Positions 1-12,456 of a stretch of 55,479 bases of DNA are shown here, piece by piece. Both the position numbers and the translations under genes were made by a program. Origin of the DNA: Marsupella aquatica. Lineage: Eukaryota > Plantae > Marchantiophyta. Positions within the stretch are counted from its first letter, which is position 1. Each line of letters starts with the position of its first letter. The stretch covers positions 502,289-557,767 of the forward strand of contig OZ316894.1 in the NCBI GenBank assembly GCA_973895155.1, read 5' to 3'. The notes below the pieces were generated by a model that ran no database searches, was not told the origin of the DNA, and worked only from the letters and a program-made list of their open reading frames with translations.

Positions 1-48
1 TTCATGGTTTGCCCACGAATATGCAATTCTGGGTACGCCAGAATAATC
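1..48 (+). pseudogene. Fragment of family A gag in opposite orientation, cut by the window edge and by an inversion junction
   Basis: Bases 1-48 are the reverse complement of about 4305-4352 (gag region LHGLPTNMQFWVRQNN). They join directly to minus-strand integrase sequence. Confidence 0.85.
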
Positions 49-900
49 AATTCCCTGTACATCCCGATGCAACGTAGGCCACCAATACCCCGAGTCCAGA
101 ATCTTTCGAGCTGTCGTAACTGCCGCGAAATGGCCTCCAGCTTCTTCTTCATGCAGGGCCCGTATTATGATAAGTGTCTCCTTATACTCTAAGCAGCGTC
201 GTAACTTTCCGTTAATACCTTCCTTATGTAGGTGACCCTGTATCATGACGTAAGGCCCGGCTTTCCGTAAAAACACAGCGGCGGCCTCCTGATTGATGCC
301 GTCAGGGATGTGGCCCGTTAAAAGGAAGGTGATTATTGAGCCGTACCACGTTGGTGTCCCTTCCCCCACGTGGAACAACTCCTCATCCGGAAAAATATCA
401 TCAATTGGCTGATCGACTGGTACGCCGTCCAGTCGTGAAAAGAAATCGGCATTGAGGTGTACCCTTCCTGGCCGAACCCGAACTTCGTAATTAAATTCCT
501 GGAGAAGTAGCACCCACCGGGCTATCCGTCCTGTCACATCCGCTTTGTTGACCATGTACTTCAGGCTATCATGATCCGTGTGGAAAATGACCTTGTAGCC
601 TAGCAGATAGTGTCGGAAATTTTTACACGAGTAGATTATTCCCAAAGCTTCTCGATCAGTGGGGGAATAATTCTTTTCGGCTGCAAATAGTTGACGGCTA
701 GCGAAATAGATGGGGTGATCACGTCCATCCTCATCTAGCTGACTAAGTACGGATCCGATACAGAACCCTGACACATCGACATACACGTGGAACTCCTTAT
801 TCCAGTCTGGGGTGACCATGATAGGCGCGGTGGTGAGTCGTTTACGGAGTTCCTCAAAAGCAATCCGTCTTCAGGGTGTCTCCTCGACCACTGCGTCCTT
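49..900 (-). pseudogene. pol continuation: RNase H and N-terminus of integrase (frameshifted, stop-containing, truncated)
   Basis: Minus-strand reading gives DWNKEFHVYVDVSGFCIGSVLSQ, WVLLLQEF and YWWPTLHRDV, which parallel the family B RH/IN sequence. Homology ends near base 49. Confidence 0.85.
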
Positions 901-901
901 C

Positions 902-2827
902 TCAGTTAAGGGCAAAGTCTTTAATGAACCGGCGGTAATACCCTACGCAGCCCAAGAAGGATCGTACTGCTTTTTGATCCAAGGGGAACACCACCGCCAT
1001 CCAGGCCGCAACTTTCTCTTGGTCCACCTCAATGCCCCGTTTGGACACACGATGCCCGAGTAACACCCCCTCCTCTACCCCGAAGAAGCATTTGGCGGGA
1101 TGTAGTTTGAGGTTAACATCTCGGCATCGTTGCAATGTTCGTCGTAGGTGTTCGGGGTGCATGGCAACGGTTCCGAAGATGGCAAAGTCATCGATAAATA
1201 TCTCAAAAAATTCCCGTAGGAAATCGTGGAAGATATTCATCATAAGGCGCTGAAACATAGCCGGGGCGTTACACAGACCAAAAGGCATCCTCCGAAATGC
1301 GAACGTCCCCCACTCCGTAGTGAAAGTTGTTTTGAGCTGATCCGCGAGACGAATCCAGATTTGGTTATAACCTGAATACCCGTCAAGAAATGTATAGATT
1401 TCATTTCGGGCCACCATATCTAGAACCATATCCGTGAATGGTAATGGGTAATGGTCTTTTCGGGTTGCGTCATTCAGCTTACGGTAGTCCTGACAGATAC
1501 GAATCTTAGGTTTTCCATCCATACCTCCCTTCTTTGGTACAATGACAATGGGAGAGACCCAGTCGCTGGCCATTACCGGGTAAATGATATCGGCGGCGAG
1601 GAGACGATCAATTTCCTCCTTCACTAAGATGGAGTACCTCGGATTCATGCGACGCTGTCGCTGTCGTACCGCATGGGCTCCTAGGTTCAGATCGATCGTG
1701 TGTTCTCCCAACTCGGGGGAGACGCCTGTTAAATCATGATGACTCCATGCAAACACATCTTCATATTCCTTGAGCAAAGCTTGGATGGATTTTTCAGCCT
1801 TCCCCGTCAGAGCGTGGCCCAGGTTAAAAGATTTGTCCATCCCAATAGTGTACTTCCGGTAGTGCTCCTTCCTGATGACTTCAACCTGGTTTTGCAGACT
1901 CGGGTCCAGCCTCGCGTCAAGCTCAGCTAACCGAACTCCTCCGTACATGGGTGGGACCGGGATTGGTCTCGGGATGGGGTTTACTTCCTCCAATTGTGGA
2001 ATGGACGGATCCCATGAGACTCGCTTTTTATGTCTCGGTCTCGAGTTTTCGGCCTCAGGCGGTTGTTGGGCTGGTTCATGGTTACGAGGCTCTGAAATGG
2101 AAGGAGTAGCCTCGGCTCCCTGCTTAGCTGGAGCCGTGTCCTCCGTCTCGACGAGTTGTTCGTGCGTTTCCTCATCCCCGACAGTAGATGTGCTTGGGGT
2201 GGACTCAATGGCAGCCCTCGGGTAATTTAGAAGATGTGTTTCTCGGGTTGCTTCAACTCCGAAGACATCTTCCTCGGATAGGGACGAGATGAGTTCGATC
2301 ATATTGAGTTCCTCTTCCTCCGAGGTCTCCGAATCATATTCCTCGGGTCCTTGTGGGGTTTCTCCCTGATAATCGTCCATTGCCCAGGATACCCGTACGG
2401 TGGGTTCCCCGAACCGTAGCTCCTTCTTTCCCCAATCCGTGACTACGCGGCCACTGTACAACCACGGCCTGCCCAGAAGAACCGGATAAGAGGAGGGACG
2501 AACCGGCCTCATGACTAAGAAGTTGAGATAGAACTCTACCCCTCCCACCAAAGTGAGCACTCGTGTGAGCGTGCCTAATGGGAGGACCCTTGCCCCGTTT
2601 GCTAATCTGATAGCTCGGGCCGTGGGTTGATACGTGAGGTATCCTAACTTGACTGACGTTTCTTCAGTCATGATGTTGACTCCCGCTCCTCCATCTACAA
2701 GAACCATCTTGATGGTACAGTTATTAATTTGGATCGAGATGTCCGGCGCTCCAAGGTCCTCGCATATCATGTTGCAGTCCGCACTCCCAACTCGGGGTAG
2801 TCTCCTCCTTCGGCGACCCATGAGCAA
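902..2827 (-). pseudogene. pol: aspartic protease + reverse transcriptase
   Basis: LVDGGAGVNIM, LLGRPWL, WVSPIVIVPKK, CQDYRKLN, LDGYSGYNQI, MPFGLCNAPA, FIDD. The frame breaks near 902. Confidence 0.92.
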
Positions 2828-2860
2828 CTCCCTCAGTTGTCGTCTGTACTGGGGGTTGTT

Positions 2861-4977
2861 CTACAGCAGTTGCCCCACCATCGCTGTAACCGGGCAACTC
2901 TTCACGTCCTCCTTAATATCATAGTCCTCCTTTGTTTCTTTCGTTGGCTGCTGCTTGGCTTCCTCTTGTTTATCTTGCTTTTCTTGCTCCAGTCGCCGGG
3001 CTGTCTTGGCTGCTTTGATGTCCTTATCGATTGCCTTCTGGTATTCCCAAGCTTTGTAAGCCTCCAGCTGTTTCTTTACCAATTCTTTGATGCGGGGGAA
3101 AAACAGCTTCGGGTCGTCCCGTCGGTAGTCATCATCCTTTTCCGGGGGTATTTTATCGCTGGCTGCACCGGAGTAGTATCTTGCTTTTTCCTCCGTTTCT
3201 CCTCCGTCTTTTCTTCCTTCCGTTCGGCCCTTGTCGACACTCCGTAGCACTCGGCCTCATCCAATGGATTAGGGTGTTCCGCCACGTCCACCAGATTCAC
3301 CCACTCGGTGTTGTCATCTTGCCATTCTACAGCAATCATTTGGACGACTGCATCGCTCGTGACTGGTCCAGCCTGGGCCGGTCTAGCCGCACTCGTTCGA
3401 GCAGCGATTACCAACGGACAGTTGGCCGTGGAATGAGCCTCCGTTTTGCAAACTTGACATAGTGGGGTGCCTCGGCCATCTCCCTGACGTCTTGGTTTGG
3501 TGCATTCCCTCGCAAAGTGTCCTGGCTTTTCACAGTTGTAACAAACCGGGGACCGCCAAATCCCTGGCTTAGGAGGGATGCTCGGGTTACTGATAACCTG
3601 GAAACTCCGGCCATTACTTGGGTAGGGGTACGCAGTTCTACCCGCTAAATTACGCGGACCTACCGTTAAAATCTGGTACACGGAATCAGGAGGGTCCTCA
3701 AAGAAATACTCCGTGGACTCCGATTCGGGGCCCGGGTTGTCAACATCATCCAGCTCTACTTGGTGAACTCGGTTCTTCCACCTTGGGCATTCCTGCACCA
3801 CATGGCCGGATTGGAAGCACTTTGAACACCACGCATGGGCTCGAATCTCAAATGGCTTCTTCTTCTCCACCGGCTTTTCCGCAAGATGTACTGACAGTGC
3901 TTTGAGTCGATCCGTGATTTTGTTCAGCTTGTCTGCTTTGGCAGCCTTTGGATCTGGTATCGTTCTTCGCGCCCTGGGTTTAATCTTCCCTTCCTTCTTC
4001 ACTCGTCTCTTCTTCTTTTTGCTCCGGCTTTCGCTCTCCGAGTCACTTCCTGATGAACTGGAGGTAGAGGATCCGATGCTTGAAGCTGAATCCGAACTGG
4101 ATTCCGTCTCGGAGCTGGACGAGGTCGAACGATGTTTCTTCTTCTTCTTGCGTTTCTTCTTCCTCTCGTCGTCCGATTTGGAGTCACTGTCACTGAAGGT
4201 TTCGTACTTACCCTTCCTGCGGCGTGCTCGCTGGCTCCGCCGGGAGTTATAGGTGGACTCCCGGTAAGTTTCGGCGCACGCTATGGCCGCTTGCATTGAA
4301 ATTGGATTATTCTGGCGTACCCAGAATTGCATATTCGTGGGCAAACCATGAAGGAACCATGTAAGCTGGAGCGCGTCTCCTGGCCTGGGCCGGATCTTGG
4401 CCGCAAGTTTCTGAAACTTCTGAATGAACTTCCGCAGGGACTCTTTTTTTCCCATGCGAAGCTGGCCAATCTTTAATAGAGAATGCTGTTCTGATCCAAT
4501 GGCACGAAACTCCTGCAGCAATGCAGCTTGGAATTGTGCCCAGGTAGTCCCGGGTGGTAACGAGTTGTACCATGGACGAGCTTCTCCCCGCATCACTCCC
4601 GGGAGGACGGTTAGCTTAATGGCGTCTTCCCCATTAGCTTTAGCAGTGGCTTCAAACTCATCCAACCATTCATCCGGATCATCCCCATGACGCCCTTTGA
4701 AAGGTCCATAATGAAATCGCGATCGTTGCGATATTTGTGGAGGCGCTTGAGCAGCGCGGGCCACCGGTGGAGCGGCTGCCATAGGTGGTGGTGGTGGTGG
4801 TGGTGGAACCGCAGCAGGGCCGGTCGAACCGGACCCCGAAGGTCCCGGGGGTATGTTCATACGTCGGGACGATTGCGAGTCCTCTGAGCCCGACGAGTCG
4901 GAGCTTGTTGTGGTTGCACTTTCTCGTTCGCTGGTCAATCTCCTCAAGTAAGCTGCTTGAGAATGAGTGACGGGCAT
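2861..4977 (-). pseudogene. gag (retrotransposon gag domain, Ser/Lys-rich tract, three CCHC knuckles), frameshifted near 3150-3250
   Basis: DPDEWLDEF...GEARPWY gag motif. Knuckles CSKCFQSGHVVQEC, CYNCEKPGHFAREC, CQVCKTEAHSTANC. The frame-shifted ORF 2861-3250 continues homology with family B (DDPKLFFP vs DHPKLFYP). Confidence 0.88.
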
Positions 4978-5070
4978 TTACTCATATAAATGCAATGGTT
5001 AGTACTACGTCCTGCTGTATCCTGCCTAGGTGAATACGCACATGTCTCCCCTCTACGATATGTAGAGTGC

Positions 5071-5088
5071 CCCCTCCATCTAGCGCCA
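5071..5088 (-). promoter_or_regulatory. Primer binding site, probably tRNA-Asn(GUU)
   Basis: Minus strand TGGCGCTAGATGGAGGGG, identical to the family B PBS. It is one mismatch from the complement of the plant tRNA-Asn 3' end as recalled (TGGCGCTAGAAGGAGGG). Confidence 0.8.
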
Positions 5089-5100
5089 AAACAAAGGCTA

Positions 5101-8100
5101 TGTCACGTCGTAGGCTTCGGCCTTAACTCAGACTTCAGCTTAGACGGGCACATCCCTCGTAAATCTGAGGGTTCGGGCAGGGAGGGAAGCACGTAATGCA
5201 CCTTATTCTCGTAAACTAGCGCTAAGTGCGCATACTGCTAGATTCGGACACCTCCTAGGTATGGTTTGTGTTCCGCCGCCGGAACGTACCTTAGTCGATA
5301 GCAGGATCGACCTCGGCTTAAGGGCTTCTAAGCCTTCGTGCTGTCCGCCTTCGATCCGGATTCGATGATACAGGTCCTCAACCCGTGCTCGCAACCACTT
5401 ACCCGCAGGCTGCACCCTGTGCACGTCTCGGGTGGTGCGTTCGGCCTGGCGCTGCCACCCATACACGAGAAACCCACACACATATGCGCACACATGCATA
5501 CAATCTCGATTTACACGAAGGAAAATGATGGGAAAGGATTTTACTACAAAGGGAACATATGCGTACACTTAGTTGACCCGACAGCCCTGGAATGAACAGG
5601 TTCAAGGCCGAGGGTGCACACTACAACGGAGCCCGGCTCCGCACTCGCCCGGCGAGCTTAGTCCTACCCCCTCCCCTTGGTACTCTGTCATTCCCAGAGG
5701 TCGGGACTCCCCGCATATCCCGCGGATGTCCGACTCTGAAACTAAAAACCCCCCCCCCTCCTGCCTCTACCGAGGGGTGCACTAAATACTAAGAGCCGAG
5801 GGACGGGGTGTCCTCTCGCCGAAGATTCGCTGACTAAGGTCCTAACTAAGCTGACAGTCAGGCCGGAAAACGGCTGTGTCTTATTGGAAGATCCTAATCT
5901 ACGCAGGCTGGACAGCAGGGCAGCGCTGCTGTACCTAAGGCAGGTGCCTGTCCCAAGAGCCTGACTAAGCCAATCCTAATCCTAATCTATTCCTACTCCG
6001 CCGCTAATGCCTGGCACGCTTGCCAGAGCCGCCCGAATGGGAACGGCCATCCCGCTGCCTTCGAAGCCTGTCATTGTCCGCTTTGAGGAGCTGGACCTGG
6101 TCCAGCAGAGATTCGTTCTCTTGCCTCGCCGCGTCCGTCTCCTCTGCTGCCTCCTGACATGCCTCCTCCAGCTGCTGGGCGTCGCTCGTCAGTTTACCCG
6201 CCAGCTGGTCCTGCTTCTCGGCCTCGGTTTGGAGCCGCGCCATCTCGGCCTGCAGCGTGGCTATCTCCGCCGTGTCCCGCTGGGCTCGCTCCTCGGCCTC
6301 CTCCAGGTCTTTCTGCCAGGTGACAGCTTGTTTCTTCAAACTGTCAATCTGGTTCCGGAGTCATGTAATCTCGGCCTCGTTCCCAGCTTTGGCCTGTTCG
6401 GCTAGGGCGGTAAGAGCGTACGCCTTTGCTAACAACTCATCGGCGGCTGCAACCTTGGGTCGTAGTTGCAGAAGCTCAGCCTCTTGAGCCGCCACTTCGT
6501 TCTTTAGGTACACGGACTCCACCCGGTACCGCTCTATCCTCTGAAGGGCCTCCGACTGGGCCCGACCTGCCTTTACGGCGGCAACCAACTCCTGATTGAA
6601 GAAACAGGCTACCTTCCGGGCCATGAACTCCCCGGTATCCCGGGCAATTTGATGAGAGAAATCTCCCAGAAGCCCGTTCAGAAACGTACCCTGTACGAAG
6701 AGTTCCGGATGGTCCAAGTTGTACCTGTCCGGATTTGGGCACGGGCAGACGTCAACACGCGCAGGGGCCGGGGCAGTGACGTCCAGCCCTGGGGACATAA
6801 CGTTGGAAGGGGCTGGAGTGTCCTCCTGCAGCGATGTCCGGTTCTCTGGAATTGCCACCGGCGGGTCCTTGGGAGACCCGGGTTCGGGTAAGACCTCTGC
6901 CGTACCAACTTCTGTACTTAGCCCGGCTAGTTGGGTCGCATCAACGGTTGCGACGACCGACCCCTCCGGCGCCTCCTCGGTTACGATTACAGCTATTTGT
7001 GGAGGTGGGGTGGGTGAAGCTGGCGTGTCCACTGGACTTCGGGCCTCGGGTTGGGGCCGTCTCTCCAATGCCGGAAAAACCCACCTAGCTGGGACCAGCT
7101 TTGTAACGTTGATGCGGGGAAGGGTTCGTCGATCAAACCGGGTGTACCACTCAAGAATGATTTTGATGTGGCTAGCGAAATACGCCTTCCCGCCAATGTA
7201 CAGTGTCTTCCTTTGCCGCTCCATCTCTTCATGGAATTTCTTAGCGAAGTACGACGCCCATTTCCTAGGTCGATAGTTCTCGACCTGGATGACCTGGGCG
7301 ACGGAGATCTCCCCCCCGGGGTTCCATCATGTGGAGAGCGTACCTTTGGAACTCCAGCCGCTCAGCTATCTCGGGCATGAGGCAGGTCCTCATCACGAAC
7401 CCGTTGTCTACTGCTCCTTCTGAGGGAAAACTTGAAGATTGGTACTTGGCCCCCTTGCCCCCGGGAGCCCGTGATTCGACTCGATGGTCACCTTCGGGTA
7501 ACCCAAAGATCATCTTGAGCCGTTCTTCTATGAGGGACATATTCCTTCCCCGCAGCCGAGTCTGTTGACGTACATCGTCATAATTCTTGACGAATTCTGT
7601 CATGTCCTCCCCGTAGTACCTGCAAGTGTTCCAGGGGAGAGAGGTGAGGTGCTCAAATCCCTGAGTCTTCAGGTACACCGCATGCTTGGGATGGAGGATG
7701 TTGCTGTGAATGTTTTCCCCCATGCGGTGCATCGTCACCTTGGCTACGGCTACCGTGGCCAACGGTAACCCGGATGCAGTGGCGGATTCCTTCCTCTTCT
7801 TTCCCCGTGACTGACTCGGGGAAGGTGATACTTCCCCATCCTCCCGATCGGGCCTGGGGAGTGCCACTGCGGTTGGTAACGGGCCCGGGGCGGCCACGGT
7901 CACCATGTTGTCTGCTGGGGCCGCTCCTGGGGTCAGAGCAGGGGGTGGGGACGATATAGTGTCGGCCCCCCGAGCGCTTGTTCCTCTGGGCCGCCTGGTC
8001 AAGGGTGGGGTAGCCTCGTCGTCATCGCTAAGATCCACAGCGTTGATGACGGAGCATACCTGTGCTGGCTGGGTGATAGGTGGTGGGGTTTGGCTAGGCT

Positions 8101-9125
8101 GCGGCTGAGGCTGAAGCTGAAGCTGAGCCTGAGGTTGAGGCTGGGGTTGCATGGGCACGGGTACGGGTACGGGCCCGGCTGAGTTGGTCATGTTGGTTGA
8201 TGGCCGAGTTCCCATGAAGCTCTGCAGGTGCTGGTAGAAGTTCTCCGAAGCGAGTGCGGACGCCCTTATCGAACGGTTGGTACTGGACTCGCCGTTAATG
8301 ACAGCCCGAACCTGGGCAGGGAGGTGGTCGAAGTGATGTCGCTGCAGGTCGATTGTACCCGGGATATTGAAGACCTCGTCTGGAAGCCGAAGCAATGCTT
8401 CCCAGAACCCGATATATTTGTCTCCGTTGAAGAAGTACCCAGATACCTCTGCTGGTCGGTAAAGCTCGCTCTGAGACGGGTAGTCAAAGTTAAGGACGTA
8501 GTGGTGTCGTCCTGCTAGGCGGATGGCTCTCTCGTATTCGTGTTCGATTTTGTATCGGCACGGGTTGGCGTGTTTCAATGAATCGGCCAAGTGCCTTCCG
8601 ATAGATAGGAATTGCGTCCAGAATCGAATGGCCGAGCTGGAGAGGATCGTGTGCGACATTCAGAGGAGATAGTAGTGGCGACCTAAAGAGAACGAGAGAG
8701 CTGGGTTCGAAGCTGGCGCGCGGACTGATGGACTGGTGCACTACAAAGGGTTGGCTCCCCTTTTATACTTTGAGGGCTTGTCGATCCCCGACGTCTCCTC
8801 GACGCCCATAGGCTGAACCGCTCACGCTTGTGGTGTACCGGCCACTCCGCCGGTCTGAGTCAGCGTGCGTCAGTGGCCGCTTCCTTAAGTTCGTTATACG
8901 GACCCGAGGGAGGGGCCCTTCCACGCTCGTAACCCGGGTGTGCAAATAGCGACCCGCCGCCAGCCTGAACCTAAAGTCCCCCTTATTGGCTAATGATGTC
9001 CTACCCCTAATGATTACCTAAATGCTGTCGTTATGCTAATAATAGCGGCCTAAGACCCACCTAACGCGCGTGCTGAGCGCAGTTAGACTGAATCACTCAT
9101 TAACCGCCGTACCAGCGGCGTCACA
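5101..9125 (-). repeat. Family A 5' LTR, about 4.0 kb
   Basis: The minus strand begins TGTGACGCC (family B begins TGTGATGCC) and ends CGTGACA just before the PBS, giving an imperfect terminal inverted repeat. No second copy is in the window, so the boundaries are inferred. Confidence 0.7.
6004..8659 (-). pseudogene. LTR-internal ORF of family A (about 885 aa): P/Q-rich region, FGLP/NGF domain, C-terminal coiled coil
   Basis: ORFs 7265-8659, 6361-7224 and 6004-6339 join via one frameshift at the C/G run near 7311-7321 and one in-frame stop at 6361. LPW...EFV...FGLP.G...NGF...TC aligns by eye with the family B LTR ORF. Confidence 0.75.
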
Positions 9126-9135
9126 CGGTGTTATG

Positions 9136-11366
9136 TCACCGACCCCAGCCAAGGTTTTTTCCAATGCAAGCCACCACCTGATTCGAAAGGAATTGAGTAA
9201 TACCTGATGGGGTCTTTGTTGGAGTGCTTATAGAATCTGATTGATTGGCCTCGGCGGATTGTTCCTTGTCGATCTTCTTCTCGCCTCCTTCCTTTCGGGC
9301 CTTTTTCCCATCATAGGCTGGGTCCATTGGGATTATGGCCTCCAACGCTATTGCCTGGGGCATAGAGTCCGTCAATTGTCGTAGCTTGGATATATCGTAG
9401 TAATTTGTAGGCTCCTGTTGGTCCTTCAGCTTCATTGCACACTCCTTCTCAGCGTCATCAATAAAAGTATTCCAGTCACGGTATTCCATATACCATGGGC
9501 AATTTTGACGTTCCCAATTGCAGACTACTCTGCCATTAGGAATTTGGCCATCACATGGATACATGCTAAGGCTCCCTTTTGGCTCCATCCAAGATATGAG
9601 TGCCCATGGCAGCTCTTTCAATACGGATGCATTCATGTTCTCCTGATTGATTAGAAATCTTGTCGTGAACGCACCTCTTTGTTCACTTTTTCCACAATTC
9701 TTTTAACAGGACCGTGGCCTTTCCGTCAATCCAAATTTCCCCGCCTAGTTTCAGTGATTTCTCTTGCACATAAGCTTGATAAAGCCTTCTGTATAGCTCT
9801 GCAAATTCCTCCTCTGTCCTGGAAAACTCATGGTACATCTGTCTTTGGTAGGCCTTTGCAGCAAAATCGGTCAAAATCACACAACCAACGTGGTCAATGT
9901 AACACCACATTGACCAGACCGCTAACCAGGATCTAATTGCAGCATCACCATTGCTACGTGGACGGTGATACATACTCTTCTCCTCCTCCATTCCAAAATG
10001 AGCTTTCAATAGCTTTACTCTGCACTCTGCAGTTACTCGAGCCCCAGCAAACAAGCGGACCCTGTCCAAGCCAACCTGTACATTCATCACACCCTGCTTG
10101 GCGTCCTTTGACAAATTGTGATACAGCTGCCGACATACCGGCATGAACTGGTCTCCATTGGCCGGATTCACGCAGGCCGCAAGCTTGGGGAACTTGTTGT
10201 CCCAGGCCTTGCATGCAACAATAATCATTGCCTCCGTCTCCTCCTCAGTTCTCTTCATACTCCACGAGTGCCCACGAGCTGCGTCTTGTGCCATCTCCTT
10301 GGAGATATTGATTCGTTCCGCTTCAATGTTTGACCAAGATATGATGTACACAACGGCTTCTTTTGTCATATTCTTCGAGTACCAAGTCTTCCCATGTCCT
10401 CGATTTCCGGCCTTCATGAAAGCCTCCATTGTCTCCTTTGACATGAGCGAACTGTACTCCTCCAATGGAGTGTTCAATAGCTTTGCAACCCAATCAGCGT
10501 CATTAAACCAGGACGTCTTTACAATAGTCGCACTTATCCTGAAAATGACAAAAGGTACTCATAGCGGCAATTTCAGAGAGGCTCTCCAAGATGGCACACA
10601 AGGTTTACACAAACAAGTAATCACATTTTGCAAAAGGACGCAAATGAGAGTACTTACGAGTTGAGAGTGTGCATTGCTTGCTCAACCTTCTTGAATCCGT
10701 CCTTCCCAGCGTTCAAAAGAGAGAATTTGACGCACGGATGGTATTGCAATTGATCCGGATACTCAGAAGCAACTGCGGACCAGGCTGTGTATCTGTGGTT
10801 TCCATCAAAAACCCAAAACATCTTGTCCTTAAGGACTTTGAACTCCTCTGATGCATCGCACTCTTGCTCAAACTGTTCATTGAGCTGGGTCCATAGAGGG
10901 TCCCAAAATGGCTTGAAGTCTGACACTGTCTACGTTTCTCCAATTTCATTGAACTCAGTAATGTGGAACTTGCTGAGCTTCACAACATAGCCGCTCTCTT
11001 TGAATCCTTTTTTTAATTTTGCAACCGACTCATCCTGAGATTCCTCACTGCCTCCATTGGCATGAGCCAGCACAAGGGGATCCGGGGTGGATCCTTACTA
11101 AACTTTGTCTCATACTTGGAGACAATAGACTCCCAGGCTCCCTTCTCAGCAATATCAGCCAATTCCGCCGCTCCAATAGGCTCAAATGATATCTGCTTTG
11201 GCTCAAACTTCCTCCTGGAGTCGACTGACTCCATAAGTGGATCACCCTGTGAGCGCGTCAGTCGAGACGTGACTGGCGAAGGAGACTTGGATTGTGGTTT
11301 CTTACTCCGCTGAGAAGTTTGGCTGTCGGCAGGTCCAGCTCCAGTCGAGTCTTTCCTCTTTGGCAT
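9136..11366 (-). pseudogene. Spliced TE-associated gene with ParB/Sulfiredoxin-like DGNHR motif, frameshifted
   Basis: ORFs 11013-11366, 10654-10926 (WVFDGNHRYTAW), 9683-10477 and 9136-9636. The GTAAGT...TTTTCAG intron at 10657-10539 joins the middle two ORFs in frame. Frameshifts occur near 11010 and 9690. Confidence 0.6.
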
Positions 11367-12336
11367 TTTGACCTTAGATTACATGAGAAATAAAAGAGTT
11401 ATTACTCGGCAATAGCTTAACCTATAAACTTGACAAGATCTCAGCGAGCCCCGCCGAGAGAGCCAGTTTTCAAGGATACGCGGGGTTCAGCCTCTCACAC
11501 ATTTGATTCATCTACAAATGGATTTGACATATCAAGAAAAAGGGGGAGCCAAGAGAAAAACTTGAGAGAATCACCAACGCTCACGGCAAATCACTGTCAC
11601 AAATGCTCACAAAAAAATGTTGTTGGAAACGCTCACGGAGAAGCTACCACTAGCTCACTGCCTCAAAACACCAACGCAATCCAGTAGACACAATAACAGG
11701 GTTGCACAGGAGAGTTTACTGTGAGTGGGACGACTGAAGAAGAGCAAGAACAACGTAGATGTGAGCGCGGAGAAGTGAGATTGCACAGACCAATATGCAA
11801 AGATTGAGGAAGAGCACGGATTAGAGCGCGAACGAGTAAGGGATTGCGCAAAAGAGTGAGGCAGAGTGAGAAGGTCCAGGGATTAGTGATAAAGATGAGC
11901 GCCAAACCTAAGGTCACACCGTGGAAGAGTGACAAGGAAGGAACGACATCCACTTCAAGGAATAACATACCGCAGTACTGCACAACACTAAAGTACGCAA
12001 TAGATACGGGAGATCCTAACTATACTTCGATACGTACATGTTGTTAACGGCCCAAACAAGAAAGTACACAATGCTAACGCGAGTACTGACCACCACTACG
12101 AGAGAGTTTAGGGTCCAAATGTAGGAGACCCTCGCCGTCATTTCATTCCGAGGCCTACTGAGACGTGTCAACATCTCGGTGCGTCAGCTCAAAGAGGAAA
12201 TGGTTGCCCACATGCATTATCATTTGGGTGGCTTAACTAAAAGAGGAATTTGGGGTTAGGAGAAGGGGGAAGAGCACAAGTCAACAAGATCAAGGAGGGT
12301 TTGTTGGAGGAGACTTAATAAAGGCGGCCAATTATG

Positions 12337-12372
12337 TTTAGGGTTTAGGGTTTAGGGGTTTAGGGTTTAGGG
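12337..12372 (+). repeat. Interstitial plant telomere-type repeat (TTTAGGG) x5
   Basis: tttagggtttagggtttaggggtttagggtttaggg read directly. Confidence 0.85.
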
Positions 12373-12456
12373 TAAAATATGAGAAGTAGAAAAAAAGTCT
12401 AACACTCTAGTGAACTTCACGGTAGAAAAGTATGCCTCTTGGGTAAAAAGGTTGCC

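Larger units (their letters stand above)
49..9125 (-). mobile_element. Ty3/Gypsy non-chromovirus-like LTR retrotransposon, family A; 5' LTR + gag-pol, truncated in integrase
   Basis: On the minus strand the order is LTR (9125-5101), PBS, gag with CCHC knuckles, protease LVDGGAG, RT FIDD, RNase H, start of integrase. PR-RT-RH-IN order is diagnostic of Ty3/Gypsy. Confidence 0.9.

Noticed and set aside
12337-12372. True telomere or chromosome fusion site
   Set aside because: Only five units, embedded in TE-like DNA.
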